In this document: positions 13,801 through 26,300 of the stretch, in pieces
How positions within the stretch are numbered: position 1 is the first letter of the stretch
How the letters are laid out: the number at the start of each line of letters is the position of its first letter
Assembly: GCA_002633005.1 (NCBI GenBank)
Contig: NMRA01000158.1
Span: 370,229-434,228 of the forward strand
Length of the DNA: 64,000 nt
Origin: Phoronis australis
Lineage: Eukaryota; Animalia; Phoronida
Reading direction: 5' to 3'
Notes under the pieces: generated by a model
What the model was told of the DNA's origin: nothing
Databases searched by the model: none
What the model saw: the letters and a program-made list of their open reading frames with translations, nothing else
Program-made: the position numbers and the translations under genes

Positions 13801-14396
13801 CAGGGTTGAAGTTGATGATGTTAACGACAACAGTCCCGACTGGAACCTTGGTGGTGAATCGGGTCTGACATTGATCATCAAAGAGAACAGTCCCATTGGT
13901 TCCGTTGTCGGCCAGATCAGCGCTAGTGATGCCGATGAAGGTGACAATGCCAGGGTACAGTACATTATCTTCCGTGGTGCTGATAAAGATAAGTTTTCGC
14001 TGTCCAATGTGAATGGAGTGGTTGAAGTCATTACGCAGACTGAGCTGGATTATGAATCGGACCAAAAGGAGTATCATTTTATAGTACGTGCAAGCTCCGG
14101 AGATCTGGTGTCGGATGTGAAAGTAACTGTCAATGTTGTGGACGTGAATGATAACAGCCCTGTTCTGAATGATTTTAAGATTGTGTTTAACAATTACAAA
14201 GACAAGTTTGTGCAAGGATACATTGGGCGCGTTCCTGCTACAGATGAGGATGTTAATGATCGCCTTCAATACGAGTTCACCTCTGGGAATAGTGCTGGAC
14301 TGCTTCTTCTCGAGCCCGACACTGGTAAAATTAAAATGGACCCACGACTCAACACTGACGTGACACTGAATGGCACATTTGAAGTCAAAGTTAGTG
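10853..14396 (+). CDS. CELSR: CELSR exon 1: signal peptide, prodomain, cadherin repeats
   Basis: Long ORF with repeated DxNDNxP, LDRE and AxDxG cadherin motifs; donor ...VS G|gtgagt (phase 1). ATG at 10862 is an alternative start. Confidence 0.96.
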
Positions 14397-17300
14397 GTGA
14401 GTACATTTTGCACAGTCTACTTCATCCTGATATACTGGTGTGGAACTAGGTTTTTGACATTGGGCACAACAAAGCTGCCGCTTGTGGACGTAATTCCTCA
14501 CTAAAAGCATGCTTATAGTGCAGGTCTGCCAAACATGGTGCCAAAGTTACAAATTGTAATTTAAGCACCTCAAAAACTGTTCCCCAACACAAATTGGGTG
14601 CCCAGACTCACAAACGCCGTGTACGGACTCCATGTCTGTGTTTGGGCGTTCTATGAGCCATGTTTGTGAGTCGGGAGCTGATTTTGACTGGGAAAGCCAT
14701 GATTGTGACTCCAGCACTTTGTTTGACGACATTATTTAGCTACGTTAGTTGGTGAACTTACTGTAAAATCTTACCAATTTAGGACACAGTAGGTTAGACA
14801 AGTGAAATTTATGTTTGCATTTCTTAATAAAAGATAAGCACCACCAAGTAAATACTGTACCATTATAAATGTCTGAGTCATAGTTACCTTCAGACAATGT
14901 TTCCAGCAACTGTGGACATTCAAAACAAGATTTGAAGTGTTTGAAAAATGAAGAAAGACCAATTTTGGCAATTATTTTTGTCCAAAATTGATGAAACTTT
15001 ACCGTAGCTCACTGATACTTTGTTGACCCTTTTACCAGTTTTTGTCGGTTTTAGGTAAAAATTTTACACACAACTCTTTAGCGCTGTGAGAGCATAAATA
15101 AGTCTGCCTGACCCAGTTTTTATTTTTGGTATGGCAGAATGACCAAGTTTATAGGGATGGAATGCAGTATCTCATTCTTGGACATCTTGAAACAGCTTTT
15201 TTATGTGAATTGTTTTAATGTCGCACCACAGAACACTGGCTATCTGTAGGAAATATCCCATGATTAATACACTAGAAATCTAGAATGTAGAATGCTGTCT
15301 ACCAACAAGGCACACAATACTTTGATATCAGAAACTGGCTATGGAACACGCGTTTTTCCCAGCGTTTCTATCGGCCCATATTTTCACAGTGCAGCAGCAA
15401 GTGGTTGTAACAGCAAGTGCTGGGTTCTGCTTAGTTCAGGCACTGTTCATGGTTATCTTTATGCTTGAGTCAATATATCCCTCTCCCAACACCAAGGACT
15501 GTGTACAGTTAGTTTTATTGACATAGATAATAAGCTGATATGATTACTTGGCGAAATAAATTTCGCCAAGTATGTTGCTTATCCACTAAGTTTGTTTTTT
15601 TTTTTTTTTTTNGAGAAAAAGACGTGATTTTTTGCATGTGGATCCTTTAAAGTATATTCTTTCAAATGGCCTGTAACAATTTTTTTCTCAGACTTACCGT
15701 TTTCGAGTTATTTGAGCTTTGAATTTCTTAAAAAAACGCAAAATTTCCTTTTTTTCGAAAAATTTACGGAATTAAGCGATACCATCAGTTAAGATGGAAT
15801 TTTGAACGGGCTTTCAGAAGATGCTTTCCATTTTTCTCTACGGCGTCTACTTTTCGAGTTATTTGAGATTTTGTGATAACGCTGCTCCTTTGTTGAGCGC
15901 TCTTGCTGCATTCAGGTTGGTTTACCTTCTATGAACTAGACTGTAGCCCATTTCTTATTGATTTATGACATCTAAGTTCATCATATGAATGTTGAGATGT
16001 TGTTCATTTTTTATTTTCAAACTTATTGAGCAAGGGGGGGGGGGGAATTCCTATTCCAAAAGTATTGGTTTGAAAATTAAAAACATTGCAATTTTTTGTG
16101 ACTGTTTTATTGTGCATAACATTGTCTCTGGTATTGCATCTGTCGTAAGTCCATCTACATACAGACATGCACTAGAACGACTTGCCCCAATTTAAGTGAA
16201 GCGTCCACACACTAGCCAATAACTAGTGCAAGGCGGAAGTTGTTGCTGTGTGCATGACCACATGGCGCCGAAAAGAAGGCCCATCTGTATGTAACCACTG
16301 CTGATATTTACTTTCGCCTTGCCTCAGATTTGCGACCACTCAAGGAGTAGACGTGGTGCAAGTTTCCCTATAACAAGTTAATTTTACTACCACGAGGAGG
16401 TGGAGTAAGTTGCCACAAATGGGGCGAGTTGCGCTAGTTTAAATAACGCACAAACCAGCACTTAAATCTAGGACAATTCTGCCCTATTTTGTTTAAGTAA
16501 CAAACAAACAGCACTCGAATCTAGCGACAACTTGTTCCGAGAGTAACTTGTTCTGGGGCAAGTCTATGTGTGGATGGCACTTTAGAATGGAGTGCCCTAG
16601 GAATTATATCTTTCCCATTATTTATGTTGAAAGGAATGTGCCTTTACTTTAGGAGGTGCTATTAAATTTGTACCAGACTCTTTTGAAAGCCCACTTGTGG
16701 TATTAAATGCATATTCAATAGACTGTAAAGTCTAATGGTTGTCTGATTAGATAATTCTGTTAGTCATGTATCTGTGCAAAATGGTTTGTTATCAGGATGG
16801 TAGGATAAATGTCACATCTTCATCTTGTGTTTGCTTTCTATTAACTATGGGTAGTTCAAGCAGTTTGATAGCAATCTAGAACAAAGATAGGCTGTTTAAT
16901 TAGTCATGTTATTGCCCCAACAATATACCCTTGGGTAGTGTGTCAGAAGAAAGTGTTACATTCCTAATGTGATGCAAACCATGACAAAGATTTGACTTCT
17001 CACTTGGAACCCGAGAAAGTGTATTGTAATAGCAGATGGGTCTAGACAGGAAGTGGGAAATGTGTCATTGACTTGTTTTGATAGATTTTTCCCTTCTGTC
17101 TATGCATAATAATTATATTATATTTATGGTAAAAATTCTGTAGTTTGGGCTGTCTCTAAAATTTGGGACCCTGAAATTCAAACTAAACTTGAATTTTCTT
17201 GGCTTTAAAGAATGGGATTGTGGGTAATGTTGGGGTTTATCGTATTTATCAAATATCGTATTTACACTATGTTTTGCATCTACAAAGTCTTGAGATAAAA

Positions 17301-20300
17301 TCGTCAAAAATAGCTTCCAACTCAAATTCGCTTTTTTATTCTTTAATTCGATACGGCCAGTATTGCCTATTTCTAAATTTTAATACGGACTCTGACCTTA
17401 GGCAAAATAATAATTTTTTCACTGTCTCAAACTGGAGAATTGGTACTGTAAGTCAGTTTAAGTTCTTTCACAATGCTGTGTTCGGTATGGCCAGGCTTTT
17501 GCTTGATAAGCACATTTCATGTTGACAAGTGTAATCAGTAATTGCTAAGAATGTGAAGTTTCCCGTTTGATGTGCGACAGACTCACGATGTACAAGTGAG
17601 ATTTTTATGTACTGCAAAATCAGTCCTGTTCTATTTGTTATTTCTTTTCCTATCCTGTTGATGTCAGTGTTCTCATAACAATGAAATATTTATTGGCGAC
17701 TGTTGTTGTACAGACTGTGTTGACTCAACAGCATAGTGTGGTCAATGAAAATACTCTATTAATGCATTTTTGACCCCACTGTCTGTTGCTGGGGTGTACA
17801 GATAGCTATATGTATTTTTATTGTACACATAGTTTAATTTAGTTGGCATAATATCAGCGGTTCTCATATGGAGCTATGCAGTCTGATGTATTCCTGCCAT
17901 TTGTATGGCGTCCACACACACACCCCTTATGCAATCTGGGTAAAATGCTATATTTTCACCCACGTTTTCAGTAGTGGCAAAAACACTAGTAATGTGAATA
18001 GCTAGGTACAAGAGGCGGTATTATTGATGCTTAACTGTAACCTTTCTGGTGATTTTGTTAACCCTTTTGTAACCACACTGTTTAATTCAAAGGCCATGCA
18101 TGATGGAATGTTGGCGTTCAAAGTTCTACATGAAGAAATTAAGAGTAGGACCATTCAAACTTTAATGCATTCTCATTAATTAAGCATATGTGGAATTGTT
18201 GTTAAAATGGTACGTAAAATGTCCCTCATTTCAGACAAAAATTTTCCCTAAATTGTTCTTTTTTCATTTTTCAATGGTCTCTAGAACTGTCCTCAATTTT
18301 TCAAAATATTTTCTTATGTAACTAAACCTGAAAATTTAAGGTTTTAATTTGTTCCTATTTTTCTGTTATTTGAAATGACATTTTCTGAGCTCAGCCTCAG
18401 CATGGAATCGAACCAGCCACCCCACGGCTGAGATCTAACATGCGCTGTTGGCAGAGCTTAACCATGCTCGACAAACAGCCTTGGATTTTGTTGTGTTATA
18501 GCTCTGATCAAAGTTGATAAGTTCAAGAAATCAATCCCATTCAGCAACAGTCCCCATTTTTGCTATAAAACCGTCCTTTTAATAATGTCCTTTTAAAAAC
18601 TTGGAATGTAAAATTTCAGCATCCTGCCTCATTCTGTCCTAAATTGATCATATTTTACAGTATCATTACTGAATAAACCTAGACGGAAAATTCAGTACGC
18701 TAAAAGATGCCTTGTTAAGAAGTATAGTAAAATGAATATTTCTTATCACATAGCCGCTGGGCTTTGAGTACTGTTAGCTAGGAACAAAGCTAGTCAGTTT
18801 TAGAAATAGTGTTGATACCTTGTCTCAGCTGCATAGTACTGTCAACATTGACATTCCTTGGAAATTTTAGAAGTCATTGCTTTGAGGCACTCATATATAC
18901 AGGTGTAATTTACCTGTTCTGTGTTAGGGGTATGGAACAGGCACATTTGCCATCTTCTGAGCTTGGCATTTTCCTCTTTTAAGAGGATTTCTTCTTTTTG
19001 GTTTCGATTTTCTCTTGTTTGATTTCCAGTTTACTCTTTTTTCGTCTATTGTTTATAATTATTTTGACTTTATTCATGCAAAAACGCTTATTTCAGTTAA
19101 ATTCTACAACACAAAGTTATTTTTACCACAAGCCTATTTGTGGAACGATACATCACCTGGAAATTTTTCCTCTTCTGTGTCATTGGTCATTCCAAACCCT
19201 GCATGTATCATAGTTAGTCCTTTACTTATTTGACACAAAAATAATTCCCAAAGTTGTCATTTTTTAGTCTTCAAAAGCCGATAACCTTTCTTGAAATATT
19301 CGAAACTTTACTTGTTTTATGGCATCTAGACTCTTCAACCAAAGCAAATAGACTACCGTACAATTTTCATTTTAGTTGACAAGTTTGAAATATAAAATTT
19401 CACTTGTGGGGCAGGGCCACATTGTGTTATAACATTTACACAATGCACTCATTAATGAATGTTATAACTGGATTGCATCTTGTTTTGTTCTGGTCAGGGG
19501 TCCTGTTGAATTCAGACTGTCTGTTGCTGTGATTGTAGGCAAGCTGTCTCCAACTGTCTAATCTGCTATGGACTGATGGTACAGATATAAATATTTGTAA
19601 TGACAATACACATCAATACACTGGTCACAAATGACTATGTTTATCACACTCCCACATTGTCCAATTGTGTCCATTCTGGTTGTCTTATTCATACCCAGAG
19701 AATGTCAGACAACAGAGCCACTATGAATTGAATGTTGTGTCCCCACAGGATCTCAACCTAACATTAGGCCTCAGTGATGCTGTAAGCCTGGCTTTACTAC
19801 TAATCCTACAGTAGCATTCTGCTCACCACAAAAATGAAAACCTATGTCAAATTCTCAATAATTTCGGTCAAAAATATTTGCCCAAACTCCTTTTTTGATT
19901 TCTTCATTTTTTCAGGGCTTCTAACACTGTCCTGATTGCCAATAGTTTTTCAAAATATTTTCTGTTTGTAGCTGATGTTCCAAAACATTCTAGTCATGTA
20001 TATCGTGGCACTGTTCAATGCAGAAGTAATCAGTAAAAATACCATGTTCTTGTCATGTTGGCTAATTCTGTTCACAGCAAAAATACTGGTAATGACTGTC
20101 AGGTGGCAAAATTCATTTTGCAAAATGTCTTAGCCACCATACTAACTTTCTTGTTATTTCCCCTTCATTCTCAGTCATCGGGGGAGATTACTCTGATGAT
20201 AAATTAGGACTCACTTCAGCAGCCATGACAGGGAATTGCGAATGATTTCGTCTGAATAGTTTTGGCTTGTACTGTAGTTGTCAAGGGCGGATCCAGGGTT

Positions 20301-23300
20301 TTGAGTTGGGGGGGGGCAAGGCAAAGTATTAACCAGGATTTTGCATGTCAGACATTTGCACCCCCGAACTGCCAAATGGAATCTGGGAGAATTTTAGGGG
20401 GGGGGGGGCATTACCCCCTTGGCCCCGCTCTAAATCTCCCACTGGTTGTGGTACAAAACTTGAGCGTGGAAAACCATTTAATTTGCTGCTGCAGACAGTG
20501 TATGCTACATTTCTCTTCTCAGCCATGTTGTGTCCTAAGTTTTAGAGATTTTATCATATTTTGTGCTGAGTTGAGGATAAAAATATTTGGTTGAATTTGA
20601 TTCCATAATCTAACTTCAGTATAACGAGACTACTTCAGTGTAATGAGGCAACTTCAGTATAACGAGGCAACTTCAGTTTTACGAGGCTACTTCATTTTTG
20701 ATTGAAACCTTTTCTTTAATGTTGCAGGAAACAGTACATTTAAAGTTTCAACAGTTATACATGGACATTTTTTTCGGCATTACTATGTTTGAGATAAAAC
20801 TACAGTAGCAGGGATCAAATAGTTTTCTTGTCAACTTTATGAATTAAAATTCAAAAGATGGGCAACTCCAGATTTGGTTGAAACTTTTCTGGAAATGTAC
20901 CGGGTATAATAAAATATCACCCTGGAATCTTAATAATGTCTTTAAAAGTCATAACATCTAGTAACCAAGGTGTTATTTTGATATTTGTAGTAGAGTCATG
21001 GTTTAGTTTTAACACGTGAACCAGGACATGGTGTGTTAATGGCAATGTATTTAGTTTCCAGCTGAGGCGCATTTGGCCCCCTCGGCAAATTGGGGTTGTC
21101 TATAATTAAATTGGCAGGAATTTTCAAAACTGTACAAAATGTATAGCTTGAGTAGGCTGTTTTGATTTACTATGACAAATTCACTGTGGTGGGCCTATTT
21201 TAAAGTTTGGGTTTTCCCTACGTAATTCTGTTCCAATTAGGATTTTGTATGCTATAAAATTTTCACCTAGTGGGGAAAAATATGGCAGACATGGAATTTC
21301 CTCTTTTTCATTAGAGATACAAGCACCAAATAAATGCTTATTTTAGTTCTGTATCAAAGCTACCATCAGACAATGTTTTGAGAAACTATAGCCTTTCAAA
21401 ACAATGATAGAAGCCTTTTAAAAAGGAAAGTGATCAATTTCGTCAATTATTTATTTTTTATCTGAAATTAGTGAGATTATATTGTTATCGTTGCTGTGTT
21501 GGCTTAATAGTCGAACCTTCAGGCCATTTTACATGCAGCCTAAATGAGAAATCAGATTAACTATTGATTGTCAGGATTCCTGCTGGAGATATTTACAAAC
21601 TTGCATGCTAAGTGTTTTTAGCCCAAACTGCATTAATGTTTTCATGTATTGATCTATGGAGATCAATTCCACATCGGCTTTACGTCTGTAATTACACAGT
21701 GTGACTGAGTGGCTGGGACTGCAAGTCACTGGGTGCAGACATTTTATGACTGATGTAAATTTATTGAAAAAAGCGTACAAGGAATTTTGGCCTTAATAAA
21801 TGCGTAATTTGCTTGATGTGTTGAACTAAAAGTCTCGTCTTCACACAGCCTACCCCAGAACAACTTGAACTAGTGAAACTTTCTCCACTTTTAAATGCAG
21901 GGTCCTCACGCACACACATATATCCATTACCCATTAATGTGGGTTAGTGGAAGTTGTCGCTGGTGCCTGACAATGAACACCTAATGCCCACTTGGATGGA
22001 GAGACCCCCCCATCTGTATGTAACCACAGCTGATTATTACTTCCGCCTTACCCCTGCACCTGGACCAGTGTCTTGTCACTAAAACTGCTGTTCTATAGCG
22101 GATTTGCAGCGACGCCATCTTGAAATTAGGTTAAAATGGTGCATTGTGGGTGCTGTGGTCAGGATTCCGAAAGCGGCCATAGTAACAAGAATAATACGCG
22201 GTATGAGCGCGAAGAAAACTTACGGTGGATACACTTGTGTTCCTGGCTGCTTCAAAAACAACACCTTTGTTCATCCGCCGTAACATTCTTTACTGACCTC
22301 AAGGTCAAGGTCAGTGGGAACGATCATTTACTACCAGTTACTTACTTTCTAAACTTGGGATTAGCGACTGGCGTAAAATTTTATTCAGTGGCATTAGCCG
22401 TTAAGTTTGCGGTGAATGCTTAATCCACGGAAATAGATATAGCTAAACTGCAGTAAAAGTTTCTCGTCTGTTTGAACATTGTATTCCATTTAGTCTCGGT
22501 CATCTGATCTCATTAGCATGACATGTCTTGCATTATAACGTAGAAAATAAATCTGAAACTAAATAAGGCGATCCAGATCCTCCCAAAGATACTATTGTTT
22601 CTTGAAATGTAGAATATAAATCGGTAAATAAAACAACAAGAATGGATCAACTGAAATTTGAAATTTTCGGATGTAATTGTCATATAGTGTTTGATTTTAC
22701 TTTATTTCTGTTTCTGTTTACAAAGGAAGTTATTACATCCGAAAATTTCAAATTTCAGTTGACCCATTCTTGTTGTTTTATTTACCGATTTACATGTCTT
22801 GCATTTAGAGGTATAACAAGCTTACAGAGAGTCAGAAGTTCAAGTTGGTCTCTAGTCAAAACTTCCATCCTGATAAGTCTGTGCACAATGCAACTGGTAC
22901 GAGTGAACTCGACCTGAGTATCATTTCAAATAGCCAACACATACGCCATCTGTGGTCTTAATCTGTTTAACCATTAATATTTACTGTGATGGCTGTTAAT
23001 AATCTGGTCCAGTGGGAACACTGACAATTGACTATAATGCTTTTAATTATCTTAAGAAGTATGTTAGCTCGACCTCTCTGGTTTGGTCAATGGGGAACAA
23101 GTGTAAGGGTCATGATATGCTCGAAACAGTGTTTCACGAATGATGGCATAACGTGTTCTTATATTGGAACTGGTTAAAGTAACTTAATTACTGTCAATTG
23201 GGTCACATTTGTAATCCATAGGCGACATTTTGTTAAATTCACACACAGGGCTGGTGGCCATTGTCACAGTTGTGTATTTACACAGACCAGTATTGTGTTT

Positions 23301-26300
23301 GTAGATTCAATTTATTTGACAGTCACCTCAACTAACCGTGAACATTTAATTTTTTTGTGCAAAATAATCAAAGAATTACTGTACTATTTGATACTTTAAT
23401 TTGTATTTCCGAAACAAAACTTCCTTTTTTCCCATAGTTATCCCTTGGGTGTCATCAGTAAGACAGTAACCCCTATCCTTGTTAACAGTATCTCATGATA
23501 ATTGTACACCTTCATGTGAACAAAACTAACAATCTCTTCTAAAGCTTCACACCATCCAGTACTCTTATACTCCGTTCAGAAACTAGCAAAAACTTTACTG
23601 TCTGGATCCAGATTCCTTTTGCTTGCGGTTTGATTTATCTCAAAAATGCTGGCTTTATCGTTATATAACTTTTACTGCCGGTTTACTGCTTACTTCAAAG
23701 CCCAGACATGGGCAGGGATAGAGGCCTTTGTTTATCGTTGCATCAATCAGTTTTTGGCCTGAACGTTGTTTTACTTTTTCAACTTTGGTACGTGTATTAA
23801 TTCTGTCACCCTAACACTGCTGCACAAGGTAGTTAAGAGCTGTGTTTGTTTGGCTACCAGACAACAGGTAAAAATTCTGTGGGACAGAGAAACATTAAGT
23901 ATTTTGCTCAAGGTTAGAGCTTGTCCCAAATTCGAGAAATTGGCAATATCAGCATCCCAAATTGGCAATATCGGCAGCCCCAAATTGCCAACATTGGCAG
24001 TCCCAAATTGGTAATACTGGCAGATCAAAATTGGCAATATCGGCAGTCCCAAATTGACAATATCGACAGTCTGAAATTGCCAATATCAGCAGTCCCAAAT
24101 TAAAGAATAACGGGAAAGACAGAAAAATTGTACACTTTCTGTAGATTGAAAATGCATTGTCTGAAATTTGAGACATATGGTGAATCCCAAAATCACCATT
24201 GCTCTGAGTTCCATTATCAAGAAATTTTATTTTTGTGTGAGTTCTCGTGTCCCAAATTCCACAGATGATCCAAAATTGGAGAAGTTATACTGTAATGTCT
24301 ACTGTGTTTCCTTAGCTGTGTTGATTTAAGTTTCAAGGCAGTGACTGAAGTAAAACTTGTATTTTCAAGTTGACTGAGGGATTTGATAGCAAATCTTGTC
24401 TGTGATCAGATTTTTTTAGAAAGTACACGATTCAATCCAAAAGCTTTTTTACATCATGTTTTTGAAAATATGAAATTGTTCTCACTGAAAAAAAACCCAG
24501 TTCCAGTCTATTACGTTTTTCTTGAGCCAGTGTTGCCAAGTACAGATTTTGTTCATGGGAATGACTCAATCACACGAGCTTAGAAAAACTCGCAAGATAT
24601 GTGAATAATTATGTTTTCTTTGATCTAACACAATTTGAATAACCAATCAATATTCATTTGTTAGGCTCAAAATGACAAGCATGAGGATGGATCATTGAAC
24701 GCCGGTCAGGAAATACAGCTTCCATATCACAACTGACAAGTCCTGTTTCAGTTAAAGCTACGTTTTGCTTTATTTAGCTGGCAAAATTTGGAAGTCAAAT
24801 TAGGCTGTTACTCTCATAAAGTCAACCTCATGATATGCTTTACATGGGTGGCGCACCATAGGGGTCTGGGGTTGCTATAGCCTCCCACTTTTTTCAGTGC
24901 TATGCTGGGCGTGGTCTATAGGCGGTGCACCACAGGAGGGCTGAGGGTGCTTTAGCCCCCCCCCCCACTTTTTTCAGTGCTGTGCCGCACATGCTTTACG
25001 GTGGCAGGTCTACATTTCTGTCGCCAACTCTGGTAACAAGCATTTGTGTTCATGCGGCATATTCAAATCCCAATAAACTGAGTTATTATCTTGATTGGTT
25101 GATGCCTTTATGGTTTTGATGTTCTTGTCCATAAAGGGTATCAAATCCCACCATGGAAAAATTAATTATTAATCCAATTTTACAAGCTTAAGTGATTGGG
25201 AATTGTTTTTCATTGTTTGGCAGCTTTGAAAATCCAGAGCTGTCCAAAGTAGCAGATAGAAATAATTGGATCCGATTATTAGATTTTCTACACTGTATTA
25301 GATTACATAGACCTGAAGTGTTCTGGTGAAGTGAGGAGTTCTTTCCCATAGTGACGAACAGATCTTAACCAACCGGAAAATCTTGAAAGTACATGTGCAA
25401 CTTAGCATAACATGCAGATCATTGCCAGACAGGAAAAGTGAAAATATTTTTCAATTCTGCTTGAGGCAACATCGCACTTGTCACTAATTAATTTAGGTTT
25501 AGTGGTTGTGTGTTTTCTGACAACGTTTTCAACTGCAGGCAGCCAGTTACCAGACTACTCATGTCAGCAGACTTTAGAATAACGAGAATGCAAATGCGAC
25601 TTCCGCTTGGTCCCAACTCAAATTTGTTGGACGGAAATTCAATAACGACACAGTTGTTTGTTAATAAATCTTCTGTCAGTCTCCCATTTTTGATTACCGG
25701 GTTAAGTTCACCAATTTATTTTAGCTTTTTAGGGACTTTCATGCTAACGTCGATGCGTCGATGTTTTGGGAAGTTGCGGTCAGTATGAATGCTTCACTAG
25801 GGTCCTATTTAGTACAAGAGCTATTCTACGAGATGAAAAAATGTTACAAATAGATTGCTCTTCATCTATTTTATACAAGGATTTTACAGCAAACTCTGCT
25901 CTGGCAAGTCTGTGGATAGATTACGTTTCTTTATTTCATTTCAACTGCCCTTGTTTATAACCACACCCCAGTTATCCAAATATTTGCCATGCACAGCTCT
26001 AGGTGTGCCTGTGTTCTAGAAAACGCTGTTTTTGACAAAATTGTGGAGATTACATTTTGTTCATTTGTTCATTTGTTCATTGTTGTGGTGTCATTAATGT
26101 AGTCGTCTCCAGTGTCACAATTGTTTATTCTTGTTTCACTCAGCTATTTCAAAGTCAAAACACATGGGTTTGTGCTTTTAATGGTGTAAACAAAATGCAA
26201 AAACAGTTTGGCTCATATGAGGGAGGCTCAGTGGGGGGACGATAGTTGTGTGACTTACGATTTGCTTTCTTGTGTAAGTTATGAAAATGAATAACTGATT

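Noticed and set aside
12965-14413. Minus-strand ORFs of 147 and 207 aa
   Set aside because: They are antisense shadows of the CELSR exon 1 reading frame and have no recognisable domains
14397-14449. Reading the 1198-aa ORF as a complete single-exon protocadherin
   Set aside because: It has no transmembrane segment, and a strong donor at 14397 splices in frame to downstream CELSR exons
18400-18476. Functional tRNA gene
   Set aside because: A B-box is present, but I could not build acceptor and anticodon stems; kept only as a possible SINE remnant
23937-24100. 23-bp repeats as a CRISPR array, or the overlapping ORFs as genes
   Set aside because: The units are head-to-tail with no unique spacers, the context is a eukaryotic intron with no cas genes, and the ORFs are repeat translations
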